Source of the DNA: an uncultured cyanobacterium
Lineage (GTDB): Bacteria; Cyanobacteriota; Cyanobacteriia; Pseudanabaenales; Pseudanabaenaceae
NCBI GenBank assembly: GCA_963703315.1
Contig: OY969811.1
Coordinates: 4,352,001 to 4,416,000, forward strand
Reading direction: 5' to 3'
DNA: 64,000 nt
Shown here: piece by piece, positions 1 to 10,359 of the stretch
Layout of the letters: each line of letters starts with the position of its first letter
Numbering within the stretch: the stretch's first letter is position 1
Notes under the pieces: model-generated
Databases searched by the model: none
What the model saw: only the letters and a program-made list of their open reading frames with translations
What the model was told of the DNA's origin: nothing
Program-made: the position numbers and the translations under genes

Positions 1-1251
1 TCCCAACATATTGAGCTTTTCCTGCGAAAAGTAGAAGATAATCGCCCAATTTATGAATTAGCTACCAATCCTTTACTACTCACCTTACTCTGTTTAGTTT
101 TTGATGAGTATGGCGATTTCCCAACCAATCGTTCCGAACTATATCGCGAAGGCTTAGATGTGCTGCTCAAAAAATGGGATGCGAAGCGCAATATTGAGCG
201 TCATCAAATTTATAAGAATTTATCGATGCAGCGTAAAGAGGATTTGCTAGCACAGGTAGCTTGTACGACTTTTCATCAAGGAGATTACTTCTTTCGCCAA
301 GTTGATCTGGAGCGCTATATCGCCGACTACATTCGCAATCTTCCTAAAGCCCATACCGATGAGGATGCGTTGCAACTGGATAGTGAGGCAATTATTAAGG
401 CGATCGAATCACAACATGGTTTATTTGTAGAACGTGCTAAGGGGATTTATTCTTTTTCCCATTTAACTTTTCAAGAATATTTAGCTGCCCGTGAGCTTGT
501 TTACAATGGTAACCAAGATACGCTAGCTCTACTGGCTAATAAGATTACCGATCATCGTTGGCATGATATTTTGCGCCTTGCGGTGGGCATGATGCGATCG
601 GCTGACGAGTTATTACAATTAATGAAATCTCAATGCGATCGCCTGTTAGCGAGCGATCGCCAATTACAAAATTTGTTGCAATGGGTCAAGCAAAAAGCAG
701 AATCAGCACAAGTCAGCGATCGCATTCAATCAGTGCGTGCTTTTTATCTAACTCTGGGTCGGGCGATCGCCCAAAGTGACCCACTGAATTTGGCAAATGT
801 GCTAGCGCGTAGTCTCGTCCTTGATCTGGATCTGTGCCAAAATCGCAATCTCAATCTTGATCTTGCTTTCGATCTTGCCCGTGCGTTAGAAACTAGAGAT
901 GGTGAAGATCTCGGTCTTGATCTGGAACTTGATCTTAGTCTGGCTTTGGAATATGCTCAAGAAATGTCTGATTCTAGTTTGGCTAATGCTTTAACAGAAT
1001 TAATTAGTACCTGTCCTGAAGATGCCGACAGCGATATCAAATGGCAATATTGGGCGAATGATCTCCGTCAACAGGCGATCAATCATCGTAATATCGGTCA
1101 AATCTGGGATCTTACACCAGCGCAATTAGAACTACTACGTCAATACTGCATTGCGAATCGCCTTTTAGTAGAATGTCTTGAAAGTGATTGCTATGTGCAT
1201 CAATCCATCAGACAGGCGATCGAGCAAAGCTTGCTATTACCCACTGCCTGA
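1..1251 (+). CDS. NACHT-family NTPase, C-terminal part (5' end lies outside the window)
   Basis: Frame is open from base 1 (SQHIELFLRKVEDNRPIYELATNPLLLTLLCLVF...). NPLLLTL and FSHLTFQEYLAA motifs typical of NACHT proteins; cyanobacterial helical C-terminus (LLRQYCIANRLLVECL). Confidence 0.85.
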   Translation, partial: SQHIELFLRKVEDNRPIYELATNPLLLTLLCLVFDEYGDFPTNRSELYREGLDVLLKKWDAKRNIERHQIYKNLSMQRKEDLLAQVACTTFHQGDYFFRQVDLERYIADYIRNLPKAHTDEDALQLDSEAIIKAIESQHGLFVERAKGIYSFSHLTFQEYLAARELVYNGNQDTLALLANKITDHRWHDILRLAVGMMRSADELLQLMKSQCDRLLASDRQLQNLLQWVKQKAESAQVSDRIQSVRAFYLTLGRAIAQSDPLNLANVLARSLVLDLDLCQNRNLNLDLAFDLARALETRDGEDLGLDLELDLSLALEYAQEMSDSSLANALTELISTCPEDADSDIKWQYWANDLRQQAINHRNIGQIWDLTPAQLELLRQYCIANRLLVECLESDCYVHQSIRQAIEQSLLLPTA

Positions 1252-1284
1252 TAAATTCCTTAGAAGTGTTGCTTTGCAAAACTT

Positions 1285-1869
1285 CTAAGGTCGTAAAATT
1301 TGTGCAGCAGTCAATTTGAGAATGCTAAATATTACAGACTTAATCTCTTGATCTGCCTCATATACCTGTTCCTCATACAAACCATCCACCCACTCTAATA
1401 CCGTCACTTTCGCCAAAATTGGATCAACAATCCAATATTCTGTGATTCCCCTTGCTGCATATTCCGATCGCTTATGGCGATAATCACGACTACTTTGATT
1501 GGGGCTAACGACTTCAACTACTAACAATGGTGTCGGCATCTCTGCCATGATTGTTGATCTTTTAGCGCCTTCCATTGCGATCGCCAAATCCTCTGAAAAT
1601 ACCACTAAGTCGGGAACCCGCACCCGTGAACCAGTGGTGACAATTTCCGTTTTCATCGATAACCGATAGGCAGGAACTCCTTGTTGCAGAAAACAAGCAA
1701 ACAGAAAAGAAGCAATTCTACGATTAATTTCACTTTCAGCCGTCATTACGATCAATTCTCCATCTTCAAGCTCATACATAGCATCAGTGCCATCGTCATA
1801 GTTAAAGAATTCCTCAAGAGTCATGGTCGAAGATGGAGCTTTTTCTAAGGCGATCGTCATGGTTCTCAC
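1285..1869 (-). CDS. Uma2 (DUF820) family endonuclease-like protein
   Basis: YELEDGELIVM, RVPDLVV, PLLVVEVVSP, KRSEYAARGITEYWIVDP motifs. Probable ATG at 1860. Confidence 0.9.
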   Translation of the reverse strand: MRTMTIALEKAPSSTMTLEEFFNYDDGTDAMYELEDGELIVMTAESEINRRIASFLFACFLQQGVPAYRLSMKTEIVTTGSRVRVPDLVVFSEDLAIAMEGAKRSTIMAEMPTPLLVVEVVSPNQSSRDYRHKRSEYAARGITEYWIVDPILAKVTVLEWVDGLYEEQVYEADQEIKSVIFSILKLTAAQILRP

Positions 1870-1908
1870 CTGCCATTCACAAAATTATTCGGCTCCCCTA
1901 ATTATCTC

Positions 1909-1945
1909 CTAAAAAAAGAAGCGGCATTGCCGCTTCTTTTTTTAG
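1909..1945. repeat. Perfect hairpin at the leuB 3' end (REP-like; probable terminator)
   Basis: ctaaaaaaagaagcggc-att-gccgcttctttttttag; includes the leuB stop codon. Confidence 0.8.
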
Positions 1946-3024
1946 ATTGCTGCTAACAGCGCTTCTCCCATCGCGATGCATCCTAACCTTTCGCAACCGT
2001 CAGCCATGATGTCGCCAGTACGTTTGCCAGAGTCGAGAACTTTATTGACCGCCGCCTCGATTGCATCAGCCGCCGCCCCTTCATTAAAGGCGTAGCGCAA
2101 CATCATCGCCGCACTCAATACTTGAGCTAAGGGATTCGCCAAATCTTTACCTGCAATGTCAGGAGCCGAACCATGTACAGGCTCAAATACCCCCGGTTTT
2201 CCTGTCTCACCGAGGCTAGCTGATGGCAACATCCCAATGCTACCCGTGAGCATAGCGGCGGCATCGGAGAGAATATCACCAAATAGATTACTGGTGAGAA
2301 TCACATCAAACTGTTTAGGATTGCGGATAATTTGCATTGTCGCATTATCCACATACATATGCGAGAGCTTCACATCAGGATATGCACTAGCAATTGCGGT
2401 CACCCGCTCACGCCAGAGTTGGGACACATCCAACACATTGGATTTATCAACAGAAACGACTGAACCACGACGTTTTTGAGCAGCTTCAAAACCAACCTTA
2501 GCAATGCGATCGATCTCTGGCTCTGTATAAACCATCGTATTAAAACCACGACGCACTCCATTCTCATCCGCAACGATTCCCTTGGGCTTACCGAAATAAA
2601 TACCGCCCGTGAGTTCGCGCACTACTAAAATATCTACACCTTCAACCACTTCACGCTTCAATGTCGATGCATCAATTAACTGTGGCAAAATCTGAGCAGG
2701 ACGTAAATTGGCGAATAGTTCCATACCGCCGCGCAAACCGAGTAATGCTTGCTCAGGGCGCAGATTTGATGGCAATGTATCCCACTTCTCGCCACCCACA
2801 GCCGCTAGTAATACCGCATCACTACTTTTACATAATTGCAAAGTTTCATCGGGTAAAGGATGTCCCGTTGCATCGATCGCCGCACCACCAACTAAGGCAG
2901 TCTCAAAGGCAAAGGTAATATTAAATTTGGGGGCGATCGCCTGTAGCACTGCCACAGCCACCTTCATAATTTCGGGACCAATGCCATCACCGGGGAGGAG
3001 CGTAATTTTATAATTTTTAGACAT
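1942..3024 (-). CDS. leuB: 3-isopropylmalate dehydrogenase
   Basis: [44 protein letters not shown]. Confidence 0.97.
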   Translation of the reverse strand: MSKNYKITLLPGDGIGPEIMKVAVAVLQAIAPKFNITFAFETALVGGAAIDATGHPLPDETLQLCKSSDAVLLAAVGGEKWDTLPSNLRPEQALLGLRGGMELFANLRPAQILPQLIDASTLKREVVEGVDILVVRELTGGIYFGKPKGIVADENGVRRGFNTMVYTEPEIDRIAKVGFEAAQKRRGSVVSVDKSNVLDVSQLWRERVTAIASAYPDVKLSHMYVDNATMQIIRNPKQFDVILTSNLFGDILSDAAAMLTGSIGMLPSASLGETGKPGVFEPVHGSAPDIAGKDLANPLAQVLSAAMMLRYAFNEGAAADAIEAAVNKVLDSGKRTGDIMADGCERLGCIAMGEALLAAI

Positions 3025-3096
3025 TACAACAAAGTATCAAGACAGATTTCTTAAAATACCATTTTCGGTTTACCGATCAGGATTATGTGATTTAAC

Positions 3097-3151
3097 AAAG
3101 AAGCAGATTTTTGTGGCGCGGCAAAGCCGCGCCACAAAAATCTGCTTCTTT
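3097..3151. repeat. REP-like perfect hairpin with 26-bp arms
   Basis: aaagaagcagatttttgtggcgcggc-aaa-gccgcgccacaaaaatctgcttcttt. Confidence 0.85.
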
Positions 3152-3312
3152 ATATAATTTAAGTAACCATCATTAGGATTTTTTCCAATGATATCAGCAC
3201 CTATGCAAGCACCGAATCCAGTATCTAACCCCACTGCGATCGCTAGGTATTGAACCAAACGCCTAAAAAAAGAAGGGAGGCGCAATGCGCCTCCCTTCTT
3301 TTTTTAGGATTT

Positions 3313-4593
3313 TTAGCTAATCCATTCAGGAATTGCTTCTTCCTTCGTATTTGTGCGCCGCTCAAGGGTTTGACGCTCAAATTTCATGTGGATAGCGCGA
3401 TTTTGTTCGCCATCCGCCGCCACTGCAAAGATGGGGTAATCTTGGATGCCATCTTGGAAAGAAGTATGGAAACGGAATGTACCGTCAGCATTAAGCTTGA
3501 TCGGACGACCACCAATGGTAACAGAGGCATCAGGCTCAGTTGCACCATAGACAATCAACTCAGCATCGGCAACTAACCAGAACTGACGAGGACGAATTGG
3601 GGTTTCGCTAGAGAAGAAGCTGTAGCTGGACTCCATGCCAATGCCAGAGTAGTTGATGCCGCTAGCACTGATTGCTCCTGCTGCACCTGCAAATAGACCT
3701 GCGCCAGAGGGGAAAATGTAGGAGCTAATTGACTCAGGAGCCATGCCGATTCCTGATTCATGCTGCATAGAGCCGTAGAGAGAACCAGAGATGCGCTGAA
3801 TTTCGGCTTCGCGAGCGATGTTGAAGATTTCGTCGTAGGAATCATCGCTGGTAGCTTGTTCTTCAGGAGCAGGTGCGGCTTTCTTGGCAGGAGGAACCAA
3901 GGTGAAGAAGGTCTGACCCTTGAGCGTTTGATCCCAAGGTACGGTAATAAAGTTATCTTCTACCCATTCCGAAGGAAATACGGGGGGAACATGGACTACT
4001 TTAGAACGAGCTAGCACTAACCAACGACCATCAGCACACCGATAGCCCAATTCCGCTACATAGTCGCGATCGCTAATGGGGATTGGCAAATACCATTCAC
4101 GGGCGAGTTCATCACTGTTGTACTCCTGCAAGTTATTAGGAGTTTGATAGTCTAAATTAACATCGGTGGCATCGTACAAACGTAACGCCAACTGTTGCCC
4201 ACCTTGACGGCGCAACTCTTCTTTATGAGAGTTAGGGATATCCCAGTAAACATAAGCCCATTGGGGATCGCGAGGTAATAGCACAATGCGGCTTTCACCA
4301 TAACCAGTGGGCAAATCGCCAATGCTCTTGTCAATGGCAGCAAGTGCTTCTAGGTTTTCTTCGGTCTCTTCACTACCTAAATCAAACTTTGATGCTTCCA
4401 CGATTTCTTGTGTCTCCGAGTTACTACGATCTACTTGAGTTGAGGCTGCACCTTGAGCCGTAAGAATAGTTTGGATATCAGCAAGTAATTGAGATTTTCG
4501 CATTCGACTATAACGAGAAATCTCTAGCTCTGCTGCTACTTTGCGAAGTTGACGCAAGGTCATATCTTCTAGGGGAGGACGTTCCCTCGCCAT
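3313..4593 (-). CDS. DUF4912 domain protein with N-terminal Rho-N-like nucleic-acid-binding motif
   Basis: MTLRQLRKVAAELEISRYSRMRKSQL N-terminus; LPRDPQWAYVYWD; FWLVADAELIVYGATEPDA C-terminal module. Start taken at ATG 4593. Confidence 0.85.
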   Translation of the reverse strand: MARERPPLEDMTLRQLRKVAAELEISRYSRMRKSQLLADIQTILTAQGAASTQVDRSNSETQEIVEASKFDLGSEETEENLEALAAIDKSIGDLPTGYGESRIVLLPRDPQWAYVYWDIPNSHKEELRRQGGQQLALRLYDATDVNLDYQTPNNLQEYNSDELAREWYLPIPISDRDYVAELGYRCADGRWLVLARSKVVHVPPVFPSEWVEDNFITVPWDQTLKGQTFFTLVPPAKKAAPAPEEQATSDDSYDEIFNIAREAEIQRISGSLYGSMQHESGIGMAPESISSYIFPSGAGLFAGAAGAISASGINYSGIGMESSYSFFSSETPIRPRQFWLVADAELIVYGATEPDASVTIGGRPIKLNADGTFRFHTSFQDGIQDYPIFAVAADGEQNRAIHMKFERQTLERRTNTKEEAIPEWIS

Positions 4594-4631
4594 ACAATTA
4601 ACCTCCAACTTTGAATCATGTCTATCTTAGG

Positions 4632-4734
4632 TAAGTACCTCAGCTTAATTAAAAACAGGGCTAAAACCAATGTGCCACGCTGTGTGTGCGCCACAGATTT
4701 TAGGATTTCATATTTAATTAAGCTTACCTACTTA
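4632..4734. mobile_element. MITE-like family B, degenerate copy
   Basis: TAAGTA...TACTTA ends, ttaattaaa sub-terminal repeats, decayed central hairpin; similar to the copies at 8949 and 32246. Confidence 0.7.
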
Positions 4735-5031
4735 TTTAGTTATGTCTAACTAAGAATATGGTCTGTAGCTAAATACATTCTGCCAAATTTTTACAGATGG
4801 TCAATGGCTAAAAGGGTTATCTTCTATTGGTTTAGGAGTATTTATATTCCTTTGCCAGTACAAATACTCAGCCAAAACCAACTACCTGTCATTATTGTGG
4901 CGATTACCTCGATGATTTTGACAGGGGATCGTAATGTCATGATTTCATAACATTACGATCCCCTCCTTTGGATACTAGGGGAGGTTGTCCCAAAAGCCAT
5001 AAGATTAGAGGGACAACGAATATGTATTTTT

Positions 5032-5559
5032 ATGAATATGAAGGCAAAATACGGGTCTTTATTGAAATCTTTAAATAAGTCTTTTAAGGGTTCTTGGCAG
5101 AGCCTCTACCGTTCAGCGATCGCTTTGACACTAGTAGCATTGATGGTAGTGGGTAGCTTTGTACCAGCCGCAAATGCAGCCTTGTTTACAAGAACGGGTG
5201 ATACATTAACCACCAAGGAAATTCAAACCCTCGTGAATGCAGGGCTGACAGGTAACTACAGTGCAGACACAACTGATACGATCGCTACTTTGCGTGCAGC
5301 AGTGAATTTGCCTGAAAATGCGGAAAACCGTGCGGCGGTGAAAACATCAGCTAGATATAAGATTAATGCTTATGTATCGCGTTATCGTGCTGATCGTGAA
5401 AAAAGTGGCTTGTATTCCTATACCACGATGTTAACTGCCCTCAATACGCTGGCAGGATATTACAACGGTTCGACCAAAAAAGCCGTTCCTGAAAAAGTGC
5501 GCGCTCGCCTATTACAAGAGTTTGACCGTGCTGAAGCAGCACTTGCTCAAGGTCGTTAA
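5032..5559 (+). CDS. psb27: Photosystem II assembly factor Psb27
   Basis: LTGNYSADT...INAYVSRYR...SYTTMLTALNTLAGYY...PEKVRARLLQEF signature. Confidence 0.9.
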   Translation: MNMKAKYGSLLKSLNKSFKGSWQSLYRSAIALTLVALMVVGSFVPAANAALFTRTGDTLTTKEIQTLVNAGLTGNYSADTTDTIATLRAAVNLPENAENRAAVKTSARYKINAYVSRYRADREKSGLYSYTTMLTALNTLAGYYNGSTKKAVPEKVRARLLQEFDRAEAALAQGR

Positions 5560-5669
5560 TTGGTATTTTTAAAGAAACTTATGTATAACCCTGTGACGCA
5601 CGTGCAGCGTGCGCCACAGGGTTTAGTAGTTTCCTTAAAGGATTAAATGAGCTTTGAGGATGGCAAACA

Positions 5670-6944
5670 GTGGCGACAGCATTGGCAACGATATATGAGG
5701 CATTGCACCAAGATGGACAAACTCACGAGTTTGTTGAAGAGTTGCACCAAACCGATGCGAAAGAATTTTGGTATCGGACGATTGCGGTGCTTCAGCAATT
5801 TTCGATGCAAATGCCATTTAAAGGTTTATTGCTAACGCATCATCCTTATATTTTTGCAAACTCGGCATTTCGACAAACTAATTTACAAACTTGGGTCTTT
5901 ACCACTAGTAAATCTTCGCTATTTCCCACAGGGACTTTACCGATTGGCGATACACAGGTTGTCACGATCGCGAAGTCCGATCTGCTTAATCAAGAATGGT
6001 TTTGTATTTTAGTAACTGAGACCTTCAGTGCTTTAGTCGTCTCTTCCTCACAAAGTCATAGCTGTCTGTGGTCGTTGCATCCTCAAGCAATTGAAATGGC
6101 GATCGCCACTTTATTGCCGCGTATCCGTCGCCCTGAGCAACAAGATATCTTCCAAACTCAACTCAAGTATGTTCCGCAAACACTGCCTTCCTATCAGCTC
6201 ATGGCAAGGTTCGGCACAATTTTAATGGCACAAAGTTCCATGCATCAGGAGCTACCAATTCCCGAAATTCAAGAAGTGGATATTATCAAAGCGATTACCC
6301 ATGAGGTGCGGACTCCACTGACCACGATCAGAATGTTAGTGCGATCGCTCAAACGCCGCAAAGATGTAACCACAGAAGTTAAAACACGATTAGATAAAGT
6401 CGATGCTGAATGTACGGAACAGATCGAAAGATTTAATTTAATTTTTGAAGCAGCCCAACTCGATAGTTATCCAATTCTCTTAGAAGCAACTCAAATCGAA
6501 GATATTCTCAGTGATGGGTTTATGCGTTGGCAGGAACACGCAGGACGGCGACAAATCTCCTTAGAAATGATTTTGCCAACGGAGATTCCTGCCATTTCGA
6601 GTAATGCCTTACTTCTATCTCAAGTTCTCAATGGTCTAGTCGATCGCCTTGTCCGTAGTTTTCCCCCTGATAGTCATATCCAATTGATTCTCACCAGTGC
6701 AGGGGAATATCTCAAATTACAATTTCAATCACAAGTAACGCGACAAGGTGGTGGTGATTTGCCATTGCTCAAAGCCGTAGGACAATGGCTGATGCTCCAA
6801 CCTGAAACTGGAACATTAAGCCTGAGTTTACCCACAACCAAGACTCTGCTCAAGGCTCTAGGCGGCAAGCTCACCGTGAGAATGCATTCATCAAGCGCTG
6901 CCTACGACGGTGAGATTTTGACTATATTTTTACCATTCATTTAA
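5670..6944 (+). CDS. Cytoplasmic sensor histidine kinase with degenerate ATPase domain (Hik34-like)
   Basis: H-box THEVRTPLTTIR; no transmembrane segment; no canonical N/G1/G2 boxes; ends GEILTIFLP. Confidence 0.7.
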   Translation: MATALATIYEALHQDGQTHEFVEELHQTDAKEFWYRTIAVLQQFSMQMPFKGLLLTHHPYIFANSAFRQTNLQTWVFTTSKSSLFPTGTLPIGDTQVVTIAKSDLLNQEWFCILVTETFSALVVSSSQSHSCLWSLHPQAIEMAIATLLPRIRRPEQQDIFQTQLKYVPQTLPSYQLMARFGTILMAQSSMHQELPIPEIQEVDIIKAITHEVRTPLTTIRMLVRSLKRRKDVTTEVKTRLDKVDAECTEQIERFNLIFEAAQLDSYPILLEATQIEDILSDGFMRWQEHAGRRQISLEMILPTEIPAISSNALLLSQVLNGLVDRLVRSFPPDSHIQLILTSAGEYLKLQFQSQVTRQGGGDLPLLKAVGQWLMLQPETGTLSLSLPTTKTLLKALGGKLTVRMHSSSAAYDGEILTIFLPFI

Positions 6945-7026
6945 AGATAGGCGGCGCATTGCGCCGCCTATCTGTTCTAGTAATGCTATATGTTAAATTT
7001 AAGTTGACGTGTTTAGCGGAGTTATC

Positions 7027-7914
7027 ATGGAAAGCACTCAAGTACTGGTAAAGCCTAATACAGCTTCAGATACTCCTATTCATGTTTCTAAGCTTAGCTT
7101 ACCCGATCATACGCAATTACCAGAATCTGACGGAACTTTTGTGAAGAATTTTCAGGAACATCCACAAAGCCTTGTGTTAACCAGTTCCATTGAGCCAGTC
7201 TTACAAAAATTACATCCCAATGGTGATTACTGTATTGGTCAGGATAGTGGCATTTATTGGCATTTAACTGAGCCACCTGAAAAAGGAGCCGAAGCACCAG
7301 ATTGGTTTTATGTGCCGAATGTATCGCCATTAATCAATGGAGAATATCGTCGTTCCTATGTTATGTGGAAAGAGATTGTCGCTCCCTTGATTGCGATCGA
7401 GTTTGTCTCTGGCAATGGTGCAGAAGAGAGGGATGCTTCACCTCCCAGTGACACGCAAAAAGCTGGCAAATTCTGGGTTTATGAATGCGCGGTTCGCATT
7501 CCCTTCTATGCCATCTATGAAGTCAGAAAAGCTTCTGTAGAGGTGTATCATCTGATTGAAGGGCATTATGAACGGATGCAACCAAACGATCGCGGACATT
7601 ATCCGATCGCGCCAATGGGTGTAGAGATTGGCATTAGGGAAGATGGCTCAATCCCTTGGTTGCGCTGGTGGGATGCGGCTGGTAATTTGTTGCTCACGGG
7701 CGATGAACGCGCGATCGCTGAAAAACAAGCGCGATTGCAAGCTGAAATTGCTCAACAACAGGCAGAAATTGCTCAGGAACAAGCTGAGCAAGCGAGGTTA
7801 CAAGCTGAGATTGCTCAACAACAGGCGGAACAGGGACAGTTACAAGCTGAACAAAAAGCCCAGAGACTTGCCGAAAGGCTAAGAGCATTGGGCATTGATC
7901 CAGAAGAAATGTAA
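7027..7914 (+). CDS. Uma2 (DUF820) family protein with C-terminal coiled-coil repeats
   Basis: LPESDGTFVKNFQEHPQS, APDWFYVP, PLIAIEFVS, WLRWWD, AERLRALGIDP. ATG at 7027. Confidence 0.88.
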   Translation: MESTQVLVKPNTASDTPIHVSKLSLPDHTQLPESDGTFVKNFQEHPQSLVLTSSIEPVLQKLHPNGDYCIGQDSGIYWHLTEPPEKGAEAPDWFYVPNVSPLINGEYRRSYVMWKEIVAPLIAIEFVSGNGAEERDASPPSDTQKAGKFWVYECAVRIPFYAIYEVRKASVEVYHLIEGHYERMQPNDRGHYPIAPMGVEIGIREDGSIPWLRWWDAAGNLLLTGDERAIAEKQARLQAEIAQQQAEIAQEQAEQARLQAEIAQQQAEQGQLQAEQKAQRLAERLRALGIDPEEM

Positions 7915-7918
7915 CTAG

Positions 7919-8818
7919 TTATCGGCTATAGCTTAAAGTTCCTTGTGCTGCATCAATTTCCGCAGAGATGCCCACAGGTAAAGGCGCATTTTCACCATCA
8001 TGCCCGAAAGGTAAATTAATCACGATGGGAATACCTAAATCCGATAGGCGATCGCGCCATACTTCTATCATGGCAAAACTGGGAGTTGAGACTTCAGCTT
8101 GACTAAACCGCCCGATCGCGATGCCTTTTAGTTTTTGTAGATATCCCGACCAGCGCCAATGGGTTAACATCCGATCAACGCGGTAGGGTGCTTCACCCAC
8201 ATCTTCGAGCGCTAAAATCACGTTTTCTAAATCAGGACAGATAGCTGTACCAATGCTATGGGTAGCGAGGGTGAGATTTGCTGGTAAGAGAATTCCTGTG
8301 GCTTGACCATTGCCCCATCCTTCACCCGATAATGTGATTGAGTTAACTTTCCCCTCTAACCAATCAAATAATTGCTGCTGCGATCGCTCTGGTTCATTGC
8401 CTAATGTCGTTAAAACTGGTGCGTGTAAGCCGCCCATACCTTTATGTTTTGCTAATCCCCATAGTAGAGCCGTGATATCCGAGAAGCCAATTAACCATTT
8501 AGGGCGATCGCGAAGTTGTGACCAATCTAGTTTTTCTAGTAAACGGGTTGAGCCATAACCACCCCTTGCACAGGCGATCGCTACGGATTCAGGATCATTC
8601 CATGCCTCGATCAATTGTTGACAGCGCTGCTCATCGGTTCCTGCCAGATAGCCCCAAGGTTGACTAAGATCATCGGGAATTACTAAGTCATAACCGCGAT
8701 CGCGCCAGATCTTGACACCTTGTTCAAAGCGCTCCCATTCCCGCAATGCACCACTAGGGGCGATTACTCGCACTTTTTGTGATGGCGAGATGATCTGAGG
8801 AAATTGTGTTGGTTGCAT
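7919..8818 (-). CDS. LD-carboxypeptidase (peptidase S66)
   Basis: IAPSG, ARGGYGS, GFSDIT (catalytic Ser), LEDVGE, PFGHDG. Confidence 0.92.
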   Translation of the reverse strand: MQPTQFPQIISPSQKVRVIAPSGALREWERFEQGVKIWRDRGYDLVIPDDLSQPWGYLAGTDEQRCQQLIEAWNDPESVAIACARGGYGSTRLLEKLDWSQLRDRPKWLIGFSDITALLWGLAKHKGMGGLHAPVLTTLGNEPERSQQQLFDWLEGKVNSITLSGEGWGNGQATGILLPANLTLATHSIGTAICPDLENVILALEDVGEAPYRVDRMLTHWRWSGYLQKLKGIAIGRFSQAEVSTPSFAMIEVWRDRLSDLGIPIVINLPFGHDGENAPLPVGISAEIDAAQGTLSYSR

Positions 8819-8948
8819 ATATGCTTTGGCTAATGCTTGATTTCACAGGCAAATAAGATTTTAAAAGCCTTGCTAAGCAAGGCTTTTAAAATCTTATTTG
8901 TTTTTTGCTAAAGCGCAAAGCGCTATACACTAAACAATAGATAATTTG

Positions 8949-9052
8949 TAAGTAAGTAGGCTTAATTAAATATAAAACCTTAAAACCTGTGGCGCACGCG
9001 CAGCGTGCGCCACAGGTTTTAGATCTGGATTTTAATTATGCCGAGATACTTA
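8949..9052. mobile_element. MITE-like family B (104 bp)
   Basis: TAAGTA...TACTTA ends; central taaaacctgtggcgcacgc-gca-gcgtgcgccacaggtttta hairpin. Confidence 0.8.
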
Positions 9053-9102
9053 AGCAATTACAAACGCAATCAATTGCAGCATCCTCCAGTCAACATTGGT
9101 AT

Positions 9103-9894
9103 ATGAGAAAGCTACTAAAGGGTTTACACAAGTTTCAATCGTCCTATTTTCCTGCTAATCAAGAAATTTTTGAACAACTCGCGGAAGGACAAAAACCACG
9201 AGTTTTATTTATCACCTGCTCGGACTCGCGGATTGTGCCGCATCTGATCACCCAGTCAGGTGTCGGTGAACTATTTGTGATCCGTAATGCAGGAAACTTA
9301 GTGCCGCCCTTTGGTGCTGCCAATGGTGGTGAAGGAGCCGCGATCGAGTATGCCATCCATGCCCTCGGTATTGAACAAGTGATTATCTGTGGTCACTCCA
9401 ACTGTGGCGCGATGAAAGGTTTGCTCAAGCTGGAAAAGCTGAGAACGGAGATGCCCCTTGTCTATGAGTGGTTGCAACACGCTGAGTCCACCCGCCGCCT
9501 GATTCAAGAGAATTATGCTGACATTAAGGGCGAAGAACTGATGGCGATTACGATGGCGGAGAACGTAGTCACTCAAATTGAGAACCTAAAAACCTATCCC
9601 GTCATTCGCTCGAAGTTACATCAAAATAAGATGTCGATCTATGGCTGGATCTATGACATTGAGACAGGAGAAGTACTGGCTTACAATCCTATAAATGATG
9701 ATTTTGAAGTTCCTCAAACTTTATTAGCGTTTGAAACTAGCACAAATGAGCAGTTTATCCATACTGATGCGCCACCGATTCCCTCTGCCTATCAGAATGG
9801 TTCTCCAAAGGTTAACGCTAAGAATGTTGGTGATTTACCTACATGGCTATCGCCCGAACAAGCCGATCGCATCTATCGTGGTTCTGCTAGATAA
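9103..9894 (+). CDS. ccaA: Carboxysomal beta-carbonic anhydrase
   Basis: CSDSR and CGHSNCG zinc ligands; C-terminal WLSPEQADRIYRG peptide typical of CcaA. Real start ATG 9103; the longer ORF-track start lies inside a repeat element. Confidence 0.9.
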   Translation: MRKLLKGLHKFQSSYFPANQEIFEQLAEGQKPRVLFITCSDSRIVPHLITQSGVGELFVIRNAGNLVPPFGAANGGEGAAIEYAIHALGIEQVIICGHSNCGAMKGLLKLEKLRTEMPLVYEWLQHAESTRRLIQENYADIKGEELMAITMAENVVTQIENLKTYPVIRSKLHQNKMSIYGWIYDIETGEVLAYNPINDDFEVPQTLLAFETSTNEQFIHTDAPPIPSAYQNGSPKVNAKNVGDLPTWLSPEQADRIYRGSAR

Positions 9895-9920
9895 ATTAGG
9901 AGTGGTGCAAAGCACCATTC

Positions 9921-10226
9921 TTAATTTATGCCATTCAGAATTGCATCTAATAAATTAGGAAATTTTGCATCTAAATCCTGACGACGCAAGGAATTATAAT
10001 GCTGAGTTCCTTCTAAGCGCGTGTACATAATGCCCATATCACGCAATACTTTGAAATGATGAGATTGGGTAGATTTGCTCGTTTCTAAACAAAATTCCCC
10101 GCAAGTAATTTCTTCCTTATCTGCTAGCATTTTCACAATTTGTAAGCGGGTTGGATCGCTGAGTGCATAAAGAACGCCAGTAAGGGAAATATTGTCGCGA
10201 TCGGGATGGGGATATTGACGCATCAC
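9921..10226 (-). CDS. ArsR/SmtB family repressor (RexT-like)
   Basis: LYALSDPTRLQIV, SKSTQSHHFKVLR, YNSLRRQDL; CGEFC cysteines; divergent from the ene-reductase gene. Confidence 0.85.
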   Translation of the reverse strand: MMRQYPHPDRDNISLTGVLYALSDPTRLQIVKMLADKEEITCGEFCLETSKSTQSHHFKVLRDMGIMYTRLEGTQHYNSLRRQDLDAKFPNLLDAILNGIN

Positions 10227-10290
10227 ACAGCCTTAAACAAATTCAAGATATCTCAAAAGATATAAATCTTATGTAGATTATGCCATATTA

Positions 10291-10335
10291 TTGCATAAAT
10301 TTCTATAGTTCGCTTATAATCGAACTATAGAAATT
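10291..10335 (+). promoter_or_regulatory. Candidate promoter with 15-bp inverted-repeat operator upstream of the ene-reductase gene
   Basis: AATTTCTATAGTTCG-cttataat-CGAACTATAGAAATT (10298-10335) encloses TATAAT (10315-10320); TTGCAT lies 18 bp upstream. Confidence 0.7.
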
Positions 10336-10359
10336 CTAACTACACCCCATATCAATCCT

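Noticed and set aside
3070..3576. Short ORFs 3070-3285 and 3250-3576, and the other small overlapping ORFs in the track
   Set aside because: They span palindromes or overlap well-supported genes, with no recognisable motifs.
8989..9102. N-terminal extensions in the ORF track for ccaA (also brnT, rnhB and the HAD hydrolase)
   Set aside because: The extensions are translated repeat elements; family similarity starts at downstream ATGs.
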